A stretch of 64,000 bases of DNA, taken from the NCBI GenBank assembly GCA_028112705.1, contig JAOGYN010000005.1:15527-79526 (forward strand), written 5' to 3'. A program made the position numbers and the translations under genes. Positions 26,506 to 35,868 of the stretch are shown here, in pieces (position 1 is the first letter of the stretch; each line of letters begins with the position of its first letter). Source of the DNA: Paracoccaceae bacterium (lineage in GTDB: Bacteria > Pseudomonadota > Alphaproteobacteria > Rhodobacterales > Rhodobacteraceae). The notes under the pieces were generated by a model. That model was not told where the DNA came from. It did not search any database and saw nothing but the letters and a program-made list of their open reading frames with translations.

Positions 26506-27519
26506 TTAATTTTCAACAAATGATTCAGCAGCTTTTAAAGCATCTGCATCAAAAAGATGTGCCATAGCTGGCATAACTTTTTCAGTCATCAACTTATCAA
26601 ATTTTGCTTTTTCCTCACCACTTAATTCAGTTACAATACCTCCACGAGCAATGAATTTAGTTAGAGTACTCTCACCCGCATCTAAGATTGTATTGGTAGA
26701 TACACTGCCAATTTCTTGCCCCACTTCCATTACAAGTTCTTGTAAATCTGCAGGTAAGCTATCAAACCAAGATTGGTTCGCCATTATGTAAGCATCAGCA
26801 AAATATTGATATGGTTTTTGAGCAAACTTAAGATTTTCCCACCAGCTGTAAGCCTCAATACTTCCCGGAGGGCTGTTTATTGTATCTATCATTCCTGTCT
26901 GTAAGGCCGTGTAAACTTCTCCAGTAGGAAGTGAAACTCTATTAGCTCCAAATGCATCCCACATTGGCTCTTCACTCTTAAGTAGCCTTCTAGCTTTCAG
27001 CCCTTTCATTGCATCAACGCCCGTTAGTTCCCTTTTACTACTAAAAGTCATCACAGGGCCAACAGGATTATACATAATTAACTTAGAATTGGTCTTGGTT
27101 GTGAGGTCATCCCAAATTTTCTTACCCATATCAGATTCTAGGAAAAATGCTCTTTGTTGATCATAAGAATTAAATAATCCTGGGTAAGATGCTACATTGA
27201 AGTTTTTATTTATAGATGGAAAGCTAACGACACCAACTACACCACCAAGCTCTACGGCACCTGATGTTATTGCACCCATCACTTCCCTAATTCCAAATAA
27301 TTGCTTGGAAGGGTAAAATTCTATCCTTAATCTTCCATCAGATCTCTTAGTCACCTCATCCGCAAACATTTGTGCATGAATTGCGCTTTGGTGTGTTGGG
27401 CTCCAATGGCCCGACATTCTAGCAACAATTTCTTCTGATATTGCAGAACTTGATAAGGAGGCGAAAACTCCTATCGTAGCAATAAATCCAATTGCTTTTC
27501 TTAAATTAATTTTTGACAT
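26506..27519 (-). CDS. TRAP transporter substrate-binding protein (DctP family)
   Basis: Signal peptide. 337 aa. The …FYPSKQLFG…EVYTALQTGMIDT… segments are typical of DctP-type binding proteins. Confidence 0.8.
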   Translation of the reverse strand: MSKINLRKAIGFIATIGVFASLSSSAISEEIVARMSGHWSPTHQSAIHAQMFADEVTKRSDGRLRIEFYPSKQLFGIREVMGAITSGAVELGGVVGVVSFPSINKNFNVASYPGLFNSYDQQRAFFLESDMGKKIWDDLTTKTNSKLIMYNPVGPVMTFSSKRELTGVDAMKGLKARRLLKSEEPMWDAFGANRVSLPTGEVYTALQTGMIDTINSPPGSIEAYSWWENLKFAQKPYQYFADAYIMANQSWFDSLPADLQELVMEVGQEIGSVSTNTILDAGESTLTKFIARGGIVTELSGEEKAKFDKLMTEKVMPAMAHLFDADALKAAESFVEN

Positions 27520-27648
27520 TTATATCTCCCCAATTTTTATACCAAAACATTACATGGTATTTTCTAATTTAAATAGTTACCAAGCGTCACTCTAAAAAAC
27601 CACAAGTAACTTTTGACTGAATAATTAAAATCAAAATTTAATTTAGTA

Positions 27649-28194
27649 TTATATAAATAATGAAATTTCTTCTTTTAACCTAACCATCAAGTTAGTTAAT
27701 GCGACCCGTTGAGCTGGATCAATGAGTTTTCCAACTCCGTCAAATGCTTTATCTGAGAAGGGGACAATAAAGGCTCCACCTTGTAACGTTCTAGTATTAA
27801 AGCTACCCAATGCATGCTTCATTGTTATTTGCGACACTTCTCCACCTGACCTTCCTGCAGTAGAGACTAAAGCTATTGGCTTTCCAGCAAGTGGTTGTGG
27901 CTTATTGCGGCTAATCCAATCTAAAGCATTTTTTAAAACGCCAGGGATCATTTTATTGTACTCAGGAGTAGCTATAATTAGGGCATCGCATTTTTTAATT
28001 TGATTTACTAACTTAACAACTCCAACAGGTAAGCCGATTTTATCCTCTAAATCCCCGTTATAAAGAGGTAAATCTAAATTGGCGAATTCATAAGAACACT
28101 CACCAAAAACCTCTATAGCCTCTCTTAATAAAGCTGTATTATTTGATTTAATTCTCAAAGATCCTGAAATTGCTAGTATATTTGGCTTACTCAT
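27649..28194 (-). CDS. NAD(P)H-dependent FMN reductase family protein
   Basis: ILAISGSLRIKSNN…IIATPEYNKMIPGVLKNALDW pattern. 181 aa. Confidence 0.7.
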   Translation of the reverse strand: MSKPNILAISGSLRIKSNNTALLREAIEVFGECSYEFANLDLPLYNGDLEDKIGLPVGVVKLVNQIKKCDALIIATPEYNKMIPGVLKNALDWISRNKPQPLAGKPIALVSTAGRSGGEVSQITMKHALGSFNTRTLQGGAFIVPFSDKAFDGVGKLIDPAQRVALTNLMVRLKEEISLFI

Positions 28195-28251
28195 TAAATA
28201 ATCCTTTTATTTAATTAACCGTAATTTAAATAATTATTAGAAAATTTTATC

Positions 28252-29880
28252 TCAATTTCTTATTTTAGGCATTAATATAAACTCCCAGGGAGATGGAAAG
28301 TCGCCAACTGGAACCTCTATTACTGTTGGCCCACCTGATGCAAAACTATCTCTTAGGCAATGACGCAATTCGGTAGGAGTTTTTGCTCTTAAACCTTTAA
28401 CACCAAAGCTTTCAGCTAATTTTGCAAAATCAGGACTCTTTAAATCAGAAGCTATTGGTCGATTATTATATTTTTCAATTTGAAACCGCCTAACATTACC
28501 AAATGCATTATCATTGAATATTATCGATGTAATTGGAATTTTGTGGCGGGCAGCCGTGGCGAGTTCACTGATAGTATATAAAGCACCACCATCACCTGAA
28601 ATAGAAACAACAGGCACATCTCTACGTGCGTGCGCCGCACCCATAGCAGATGCAATACCCCACCCTAAAGTTCCTTGGTAACCAGTAGAGAGAAACGTTC
28701 GAGGCTTATAACTAGGAAAAGCAAACCTAGACACATAACCAACTTGCGTTAGTTCATCCACAAAAATTCCGTCTCTTGGTAACTCCGCACGAATAGCGGA
28801 CAACCAAGCGAGTTGTGGGGCCAGTTTTTCATCAAACATTTTACTATATCTTAACTTAACTTCATTTATAGTTTTCAGCCAATCATTACGGTATTCTTCT
28901 TTTCCCTCTATACTCCTAAGCAATAATGGGAGCGCATCTTTGAGATCAGCGTTAATACCCAATTCAGGTTCATTAATTCTACCAATTTCATCTTGATCAA
29001 TATCAATATGAATTATCTTCATTTGATCATCTACGCCCCATTGCATCTGGGCTGTTTGACATCTGGTACCAAGTGCCAACACAACATCACAATGGCCCCA
29101 AAGTTCACGGCCAGCCGGCAGAGTGACACTAAGTTGGCTAGATCCATCAACGATCCCATGGCCATTTCTAAATGCAATTACTGGCGCAGAAAGACTAGAT
29201 GAAAGATTGTTAATCTCAATACTAAAATTTTGAGCACCACCACCAACGACAATCACGGGCCGTTTAGAAGAGTTTAAAATACTAGCAGCCTCTTCAATAC
29301 GATCAGTATTTACATTGGGACCCTGATCTGGGTGACCTATTAAATTGTCAGAAACTTTCTCCACATGAGAGTTCCAAATATTAACAGGCACCTCCACACC
29401 AACTGGTCTTGGACGACCAGATTGCAAAGTAGAGAATGCACTTGTTAATATTTTTGAGGCACTTTCAGCATTTTCTATTCTATCGGCTTTTTTTGTTAAA
29501 CTTTTTAAGATTGACAATTGATCAGGTATCTCATGAAGAAGCCCAAAACCTTTTCCTATCGCACCGAGTGGGATCTGGCCAATAAGCGCCAACACTGGCG
29601 CATTAACAGCATATGCTGTTGATAGTGCAGCCGTTGAATTTAAAAACCCTGGTCCTGGAACAATGGAAAATACCTGTGGCTTTCCTGTAGCCATCGCAGC
29701 ACCCAAGGCCATATATGCGGCCCCTTGCTCATGCCTCGTGTGAATTGGCTTTATTTTGTCCGTATTGTCATAAAGAACATTAAAAAAATCGTCATTCTGC
29801 ACACCAGGAAGGCAGTACAATTGGTCTATTTTATTAGCTATCAATGTCTTGACAGCAATTTCTCCAACAGTAATTGACAT
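28252..29880 (-). CDS. Thiamine-diphosphate-dependent enzyme (acetolactate synthase large subunit-like / 2-oxoacid decarboxylase family)
   Basis: N-terminal PYR domain (…HEQGAAYMALGAA…GPGFLNS…) and C-terminal TPP motif ISGDGGALYT…(24)…FNDN. 542 aa. Confidence 0.8.
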   Translation of the reverse strand: MSITVGEIAVKTLIANKIDQLYCLPGVQNDDFFNVLYDNTDKIKPIHTRHEQGAAYMALGAAMATGKPQVFSIVPGPGFLNSTAALSTAYAVNAPVLALIGQIPLGAIGKGFGLLHEIPDQLSILKSLTKKADRIENAESASKILTSAFSTLQSGRPRPVGVEVPVNIWNSHVEKVSDNLIGHPDQGPNVNTDRIEEAASILNSSKRPVIVVGGGAQNFSIEINNLSSSLSAPVIAFRNGHGIVDGSSQLSVTLPAGRELWGHCDVVLALGTRCQTAQMQWGVDDQMKIIHIDIDQDEIGRINEPELGINADLKDALPLLLRSIEGKEEYRNDWLKTINEVKLRYSKMFDEKLAPQLAWLSAIRAELPRDGIFVDELTQVGYVSRFAFPSYKPRTFLSTGYQGTLGWGIASAMGAAHARRDVPVVSISGDGGALYTISELATAARHKIPITSIIFNDNAFGNVRRFQIEKYNNRPIASDLKSPDFAKLAESFGVKGLRAKTPTELRHCLRDSFASGGPTVIEVPVGDFPSPWEFILMPKIRN

Positions 29881-29894
29881 ATTTATCTCTTTTT

Positions 29895-31085
29895 TTAGGA
29901 AATTATTTCACGCACCGCTACAGCAAAACTTGCTATATCTTGGGATCTTAAACCAGCTATATTAATTCTGCCGTCATCCACAATGTAAATTGCTTTTTCA
30001 TCTTTTAAACGCAAAATCTCATCTTTGGACAACCCAATTATAGAGAACATCCCTGACTGCTCCGCCAAAAAATCAAATCGAGATGAGTTGGTTTGATTTC
30101 TCAATTCCAAGCTTAAATCATTTCGAATTTTCTTAACTCTGTTACGCATCTCATCCAACTCACTTAACCATAATGTTTTTAACTTTGTATCGGATAAAAT
30201 AGTTCTTACAACGGCAGCACCATGATCTGGTGGCATTGAATAATTAGTTCCTGCCAGATTTTTTAACTTCCCACCAAGAGCCTTACTAACTTTCTCACTT
30301 TTAGACATAGTTATAGCAATACCTGCTCTATCACGGTAAATTGCAAAGTTTTTAGAGCTTGAAGACGCTATTAATAATTCAGGCAAGGCACTTAGTAATT
30401 TTCTCACTCCATAGGCATCTTCCTCTAATCCAGCACCAAAGCCTTGATATGCAATATCTACCAATGGCAAGAAACCAACTTTAAGAGCCAATTCAGAAAT
30501 AATATCCCATTGTGCATTTGAAAAATTTGCGCCAGTTGGATTGTGGCAACAGCCGTGCATCAAGACTACGTCACCTGCTGGAATATTAGATAAATCTTTT
30601 AATGTTAAATCAAAATCAATGCTTTGAGTCTTTGGGTTGAAATAACGATAGTAATCAGACCGAAGGCCCGCAGCCTTTATGGTTGGAGGGTGGTTGTCCC
30701 AAGTTGGGGAAGGTAACCAAATAGTAGAGTTTGGAGAAACATCAAAAACTAAATCATAAAGAACTCGCAATGCCGTACTACCACCTGGTGTTTGAATCGC
30801 ATTTATTCTTTTTCGATCTATTTGCTCTCCAATCACTAGGCTCGAAGCTAAATCGCAAAAAACCAGATCTCCCGCCAATCCTATATAGGCTTTTGTTTTT
30901 TGCTGTTCTACGAGAATAACTTCCGCTTTTTTTACAGACTTTAATATCGGCGTAATACCTGTTTCATCTTTATAGACGCCAATTCCCAGATCCATTTTAT
31001 TGATCCGAGGGTCCGCTGAAAAGTCTTGTAATAATTGCAAGATTTTTGGTGCCTTGGCAGCAGGTATTTCATCAAATAAATTCAT
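29895..31085 (-). CDS. Class-I PLP aminotransferase (AspC/TyrB type)
   Basis: LGIGVYKDETG…, HGCCHNPTG, and SSSKNFAIYRDRAG (PLP-Lys box, compare SYSKNFGLYNERVG). 396 aa. Confidence 0.8.
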   Translation of the reverse strand: MNLFDEIPAAKAPKILQLLQDFSADPRINKMDLGIGVYKDETGITPILKSVKKAEVILVEQQKTKAYIGLAGDLVFCDLASSLVIGEQIDRKRINAIQTPGGSTALRVLYDLVFDVSPNSTIWLPSPTWDNHPPTIKAAGLRSDYYRYFNPKTQSIDFDLTLKDLSNIPAGDVVLMHGCCHNPTGANFSNAQWDIISELALKVGFLPLVDIAYQGFGAGLEEDAYGVRKLLSALPELLIASSSSKNFAIYRDRAGIAITMSKSEKVSKALGGKLKNLAGTNYSMPPDHGAAVVRTILSDTKLKTLWLSELDEMRNRVKKIRNDLSLELRNQTNSSRFDFLAEQSGMFSIIGLSKDEILRLKDEKAIYIVDDGRINIAGLRSQDIASFAVAVREIIS

Positions 31086-31289
31086 TATATTTATGACATC
31101 TCACAATATTAATTTCCATGCAATATGATTTTTCGCTTGCATAAAATACAAACTATCACGAAGTTCACAAATGAAAAAATAAATACTTTAATTAAAAATA
31201 AATAAAAGTCAAAAAATCATATTTAATTATCATATATTATCTATAAAATATCTTTAAAATTAAATATATATTGAGTAAAATTAGAATAA

Positions 31290-32483
31290 ATGAAAAATTA
31301 TTTTTTTATACTATTTGCTGCTGGGGCCATACAATCTGTTGTGTTTGGTGGCAGGCAAACTATCCCATTGTCCATAGAAGGCATAAATCTTGCTTCTACC
31401 GTTAATTATCTAGAAATAAGTTTTGCTTTTGCAGTTGGTCAATTAATTAGCGGTGCAGTAACCCCACTAGGCGGTATGATTTCTGACAAATATGGATCTG
31501 GGAAAACTCTTCTTCTAGGAATAGTTATCTCTACACTAGGATGCTTTCTTATCCCTTTCTCCACCACTCCCTTGATGTTAGTACTCTCGATAGGGATCTT
31601 ATCTGCCGGGGGATCTGGAATAGCTGGATTACCAGTGATAATGTCAGCAGTTAATAAACTAGTGCCCCCAGAGAAATCAGGAATGGCTTTTGGCTTTGTT
31701 AATGCGGGTGGCTCTGTTGGGCAGTTTCTATTTGCTCCCCTAGCAGGGTTGATGATAATTAACTACGGGTGGCAGGCAAGTATATTTACGATTTGCGCAC
31801 TACTTTTAATGATATTACCACTGGTTTGGATTCTGAGACACCAGCCAGAAAAAAAGAAAAAAATCCAGGCTGGTGATAATTTGACTTTATCAAAAGCTTT
31901 GTCATTAGCCTTTAATACTCCAAGTTATATCTTATTAATATCTGGCTTTTTTGTCTGTGGTTTTCATGTAGCCTTTATCATAACACACATGCCTGGTGTC
32001 ATTGTTGCATGCGGCTTAAGTGTAAATGTTACGGGATGGTCTTTAGCAGTTATTGGATTTTTCAATATTTTAGGCAGCCTTTACGCTGGTTGGCACATCT
32101 CTAAGCGCAGCATGAAAATATTTTTGTCATATATATACGGAGCACGTGCAATAATAGTAATTTTATTTCTACTTAGCCCAAAAGATGTTACTTCAATAAT
32201 GTTTTTTTCAGCTGCTCTTGGATTTACCTATCTCTCCACAGTTCCGGCAACGGCAGCATTAGTTGGTAAAATGTTTGGGCCAAAGTATCTAGCCACTTTA
32301 TTTGGGATTACGCTATTCTCCCATAATATTGGTGCGTTTTTTGGAGCATACTTAGGAGGTTATTTCTTCCAGATGACTGGCGAATACACAATAGTGTGGC
32401 TAATCGACATTGGTTTGGCCATTTTTGCTGCATTAATTCATTTACCTATAAAAGAAAAATCTGCTCTTCCAGTTGGTGCATAG
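31290..32483 (+). CDS. MFS transporter
   Basis: 397 aa with about 12 TM helices in two six-helix halves separated by a KKKK-containing loop. Confidence 0.7.
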   Translation: MKNYFFILFAAGAIQSVVFGGRQTIPLSIEGINLASTVNYLEISFAFAVGQLISGAVTPLGGMISDKYGSGKTLLLGIVISTLGCFLIPFSTTPLMLVLSIGILSAGGSGIAGLPVIMSAVNKLVPPEKSGMAFGFVNAGGSVGQFLFAPLAGLMIINYGWQASIFTICALLLMILPLVWILRHQPEKKKKIQAGDNLTLSKALSLAFNTPSYILLISGFFVCGFHVAFIITHMPGVIVACGLSVNVTGWSLAVIGFFNILGSLYAGWHISKRSMKIFLSYIYGARAIIVILFLLSPKDVTSIMFFSAALGFTYLSTVPATAALVGKMFGPKYLATLFGITLFSHNIGAFFGAYLGGYFFQMTGEYTIVWLIDIGLAIFAALIHLPIKEKSALPVGA

Positions 32484-32572
32484 CTGGTCTAACATTTTTG
32501 AAAACAATCAAAACAATTTACTAGTTGAATTTAAGTAAGAAATAGTATCATTTTTCTTAAGGGGGATTTGGC

Positions 32573-32821
32573 ATGCTGCAAAAACAGAAGTTCAACATAA
32601 CTGATATTTATGTACCAGTAAAAAGAATTAAACTACTGGAAGAATCCAAGGTTACAGAATTAGCTGAAGGAATATTAAATGGGGAAGATATTGTACCAAT
32701 AAGAGTAAGAGCTGATGGTAAGCGTTTCGTTCTAATTAAAGGAATGCACACATTAGAGGCTCTTAGAGCCCTAGGTGAAGAACAAATTGAAGGATACTTA
32801 GTAAGAGCGCAGTTGCATTGA
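32573..32821 (+). CDS. Stand-alone ParB/sulfiredoxin-fold mini protein
   Basis: 82 aa with a strong SD (AAGGGGGA). The pattern …VTELAEGILNGEDIVPIRVRADGKRFVLIKGMHTLEALRALG… follows the ParB N-terminal domain. The Arg-rich GxRRxRA box is replaced by GMHTLEA. Confidence 0.45.
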   Translation: MLQKQKFNITDIYVPVKRIKLLEESKVTELAEGILNGEDIVPIRVRADGKRFVLIKGMHTLEALRALGEEQIEGYLVRAQLH

Positions 32822-32869
32822 GAACTTTAAATAACATGTTAATTATACTATAAATTTTAAGGAAATTAA

Positions 32870-33430
32870 ATGAAAATTCTTGTTGTACTTTGTCACCCAA
32901 GATCAGATTCATTGACAGGCAAAGTAGCAGAGGCATTTTCAAACGGAGCAAGATTAAATGGACATACAATTGAGTTTGTTGACCTCTATAAGGAGCAGTT
33001 TAATCCAGTTTTGCAGATCAAAGATGAACCAAACGATGGTAACCTAATTAATTATTCTGAAGAAGTACAAATAGAGTTCAATCGACTAAATAGTAATGAT
33101 GCTGTTGTAATGATTTTTCCACTTTGGTGGTGGTCAATGCCAGCTATGTTAAAGGGCTGGATAGATAGAGTTTGGAACTATGGATTAACATATGGAGAGG
33201 CAACGCATAACTTAAAAAAGGCTATGATGATCAGTTTAGCAGCCCATACTAAAGAAGAACTTGAGAAAAGAAATTATTACAATGCGATTGAGACGAGCTT
33301 AAACATTGGTATTTTAAATTATAATGACATTGTTGACAGAGAGTTAGTGATCCTTGGCGGCACCAAATTAGGTGAGGAACATTGCGCCAAACATATCGAA
33401 TTAGCCTATAATAAAGGCTGTTCTTTCTGA
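32870..33430 (+). CDS. Flavodoxin-like NAD(P)H:quinone oxidoreductase (Flavodoxin_2 family)
   Basis: MKILVVLCHPRSDSLTG…FPLWWWSMPAMLKGWIDRV pattern. Confidence 0.65.
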   Translation: MKILVVLCHPRSDSLTGKVAEAFSNGARLNGHTIEFVDLYKEQFNPVLQIKDEPNDGNLINYSEEVQIEFNRLNSNDAVVMIFPLWWWSMPAMLKGWIDRVWNYGLTYGEATHNLKKAMMISLAAHTKEELEKRNYYNAIETSLNIGILNYNDIVDRELVILGGTKLGEEHCAKHIELAYNKGCSF

Positions 33431-33477
33431 AACATTAACGTTAACTATTATCCAATAAAATTTACAAGGATCTTAAA

Positions 33478-33831
33478 ATGACTATTACACGCCTCCAAAC
33501 AAATGACAGAATGAGCCAATGTGTTATTCATAATGAAACCGTTTACTTAGCTGGACAAGTCGCACTCTCCGCACCAGGCGAAAGTGTTGAAAACCAAACA
33601 AAAGCAATTTTAAACCAGATAGACCAACTACTAAAGAATGCTGGAACTGATAAATCAAAAGCTTTATCAGCTACAATTTGGTTGTGCAGCATGAATGATT
33701 TTGCAGAAATGAATGCAGTTTGGGATGCTTGGGCCATCGGTGGAAATGCGCCAACAAGAGCATGCGTTGAGTCACCAAAGCTAGCGACACCAGATTATAC
33801 AGTGGAAATAGGAATAATAGCAGCCCTATAA
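33478..33831 (+). CDS. RidA/YjgF/L-PSP family protein
   Basis: 117 aa. …VYLAGQVA…NAVWDAW…PTRACVES…VEIGIIA pattern. Confidence 0.75.
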   Translation: MTITRLQTNDRMSQCVIHNETVYLAGQVALSAPGESVENQTKAILNQIDQLLKNAGTDKSKALSATIWLCSMNDFAEMNAVWDAWAIGGNAPTRACVESPKLATPDYTVEIGIIAAL

Positions 33832-33880
33832 TAGGAAAGTTGTTTTGATTCAAAAATTAAATAATATTTAGGTAATTTTA

Positions 33881-34681
33881 ATGAATGCGACCGATGTAAA
33901 CACAAACCTAACTAAAAACACAATTTTAATTGAAAATATACCTTTTAATACAGAAAAAATGATTGGTAAACGTGCTAGAATTGGTGTCGTTGTATTAGCC
34001 ACAGACTACACTATTGAGCATGAGTTACGACAAATAATAACATTGCCTGGAGTGGATTTTTATCACGCCCGGATAGCTAATTCTACCAAAATTACACCAG
34101 AAACTTTAGCTGCAATGAAACCTTTAATAAAGAAAACAGCAGATTTAATATTACCCGGTGATGAACTTGATGTAATAGCTTACGGGTGCACCTCAGCCTC
34201 AATTGTATTAGGTGACGAAACCGTAGCTGATCTACTAAATGCAGCAAAGCCAACTGCTAAAACTACTAATCCAGCTTTTGCCGCAGGCGCAGCATTTAAA
34301 GCCTTGGGTGTTAAAAGAATTGCAATTTTGACACCCTATGAAAAAAGCGTCAATGAATTAGTCCAAAAGTCTATTGAAGCAAAAGGTTTCACAGTTCCTG
34401 TTTTTGGATCTTTTAATGAAAATCACGACCCTACAGTTGCAGCAATAAATAAAAGCAGTTTATTGAATGCAATTAAAAAACTACTATCAGTGGCTGATTT
34501 TGATGCCGTTTTCGTGTCTTGTACGTCTGTGAAATTAGCAGAATCGATTGCAGAAATAGAAGGTGATATAGGAATACCAGTAACTTCCTCAAACCACGCA
34601 CTTGCATGGCATTGCCTCAGATTGTCTGGAATTAATGATAAAATTCCAAATAATGGGAAATTATTTGAATGCACATTATAA
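33881..34681 (+). CDS. Asp/Glu racemase-superfamily enzyme (maleate isomerase / arylmalonate decarboxylase-like)
   Basis: Two catalytic-Cys contexts, IAYGCTSASIV and VFVSCTSVKL, about 120 residues apart. 266 aa. Confidence 0.65.
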   Translation: MNATDVNTNLTKNTILIENIPFNTEKMIGKRARIGVVVLATDYTIEHELRQIITLPGVDFYHARIANSTKITPETLAAMKPLIKKTADLILPGDELDVIAYGCTSASIVLGDETVADLLNAAKPTAKTTNPAFAAGAAFKALGVKRIAILTPYEKSVNELVQKSIEAKGFTVPVFGSFNENHDPTVAAINKSSLLNAIKKLLSVADFDAVFVSCTSVKLAESIAEIEGDIGIPVTSSNHALAWHCLRLSGINDKIPNNGKLFECTL

Positions 34682-34724
34682 AATAGATTACTTAAATTAA
34701 AAACAATCCTAAATAGGAGTTAAA

Positions 34725-35126
34725 ATGGCTATATCCGGTGGTTGCTACTGTAAAGAGCTACGATATCTTTCAACAGGAGATATTCAAGCGTCAATTCAAT
34801 GTCATTGCAGAGAATGCCAATATATCACAGGTGGAAATGCAAATACTTTAGTTACTGTACCAGCGGAAACATTCGAATTCACAAAGGGAACCCCAAAAAG
34901 CTTTGAACGAACAGATATAATGGCTCCAGTAAAAAGGTTTTTTTGTGAAACATGCGGTACGGCTATCGGAACAAAATCACCTAAACGCCCAGGTTCAATG
35001 ATATTAAAAGTTGGTACTTTTGATGACCCTTCAATTTTCAAACCCGAAACAGCAATTTTCACAATTGACAAACAAAACTTTCATTATATTGCCGATGATG
35101 TAATCCAATTTAAAAAACGCCCCTAA
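34725..35126 (+). CDS. GFA-family zinc protein (second copy)
   Basis: GGCYCKELRY…CHCRECQ…FCETCGTAIG Cys pattern. Confidence 0.75.
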   Translation: MAISGGCYCKELRYLSTGDIQASIQCHCRECQYITGGNANTLVTVPAETFEFTKGTPKSFERTDIMAPVKRFFCETCGTAIGTKSPKRPGSMILKVGTFDDPSIFKPETAIFTIDKQNFHYIADDVIQFKKRP

Positions 35127-35136
35127 TATTTTAAAA

Positions 35137-35826
35137 TCATAGTTTTGAAATATCTATTTCAGCTGAAGGAAGTTCCCAATTTTCAACTTCAGCCTCTTTG
35201 GTCCACTGAGCTAAGGGTGGGAAATTACGTAAAGTATTGCAATAAACTTTAATATCATTTGGAACTTCAATATCATAAGTAATAAATCTGTTAACTAAAT
35301 GGGCGGACATCGCATCTGCTATCGTAAAATTATTAAACAAAAACCCATTTGTTCCACCAAATTCTTTTAATAAATTGTGCCATCTATTGATTAAATAAGT
35401 AATGCTTTCCTGTACATCTTCTTTTGGCACCACCCGTTCAGTTCGCCGTCTGACGTTAGTATCCAGTGCATATATTATGTGCCTTGGTGCCCCTGGAAAA
35501 GCACCACCTGTTGCATGCATTTCAGCCGCAAATGTGCGCGCATTTGCTCGAGCATTCATATCTTCTGGCCATAATTTATATGAAGGATATAAATCTGCAA
35601 TATATTCACAAATTGCAAGAGAATCCCATATTTTTAAACCATTATGATGAAAAGCAGGTACACGCCCAGTCAAGGAAAATTCAAGCATTTGGGCTCTCGT
35701 ATCAGGTTGACCAAACTTAATAAGTTTTTCTTCAAATGGCATATTTACTGCCTTCAAGCAGAGCCAAGGAGCCAACGGCCACAAACTATAATTCTTATCA
35801 GCTATTACCAAAATTGTTTTTTTCAT
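35137..35826 (-). CDS. Glutathione S-transferase family protein
   Basis: Thioredoxin-like N-domain with YSLWPLAPW…GRVPAF…WDSLAICEYI. The ATG at 35826 is preferred. The ORF track uses an upstream TTG at 35838. Confidence 0.6.
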   Translation of the reverse strand: MKKTILVIADKNYSLWPLAPWLCLKAVNMPFEEKLIKFGQPDTRAQMLEFSLTGRVPAFHHNGLKIWDSLAICEYIADLYPSYKLWPEDMNARANARTFAAEMHATGGAFPGAPRHIIYALDTNVRRRTERVVPKEDVQESITYLINRWHNLLKEFGGTNGFLFNNFTIADAMSAHLVNRFITYDIEVPNDIKVYCNTLRNFPPLAQWTKEAEVENWELPSAEIDISKL

Positions 35827-35868
35827 TAAAGCGTCCAATAATTATTTAAATTAAAAAATTTCATTTTT

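Noticed and set aside
32573-32821. ParB-like gene as evidence of a plasmid or partition locus
   Set aside because: The protein is only 82 aa and has no HTH or dimerisation domain. There is no ParA, no parS-like repeats and no replication genes, and the surrounding genes are metabolic.
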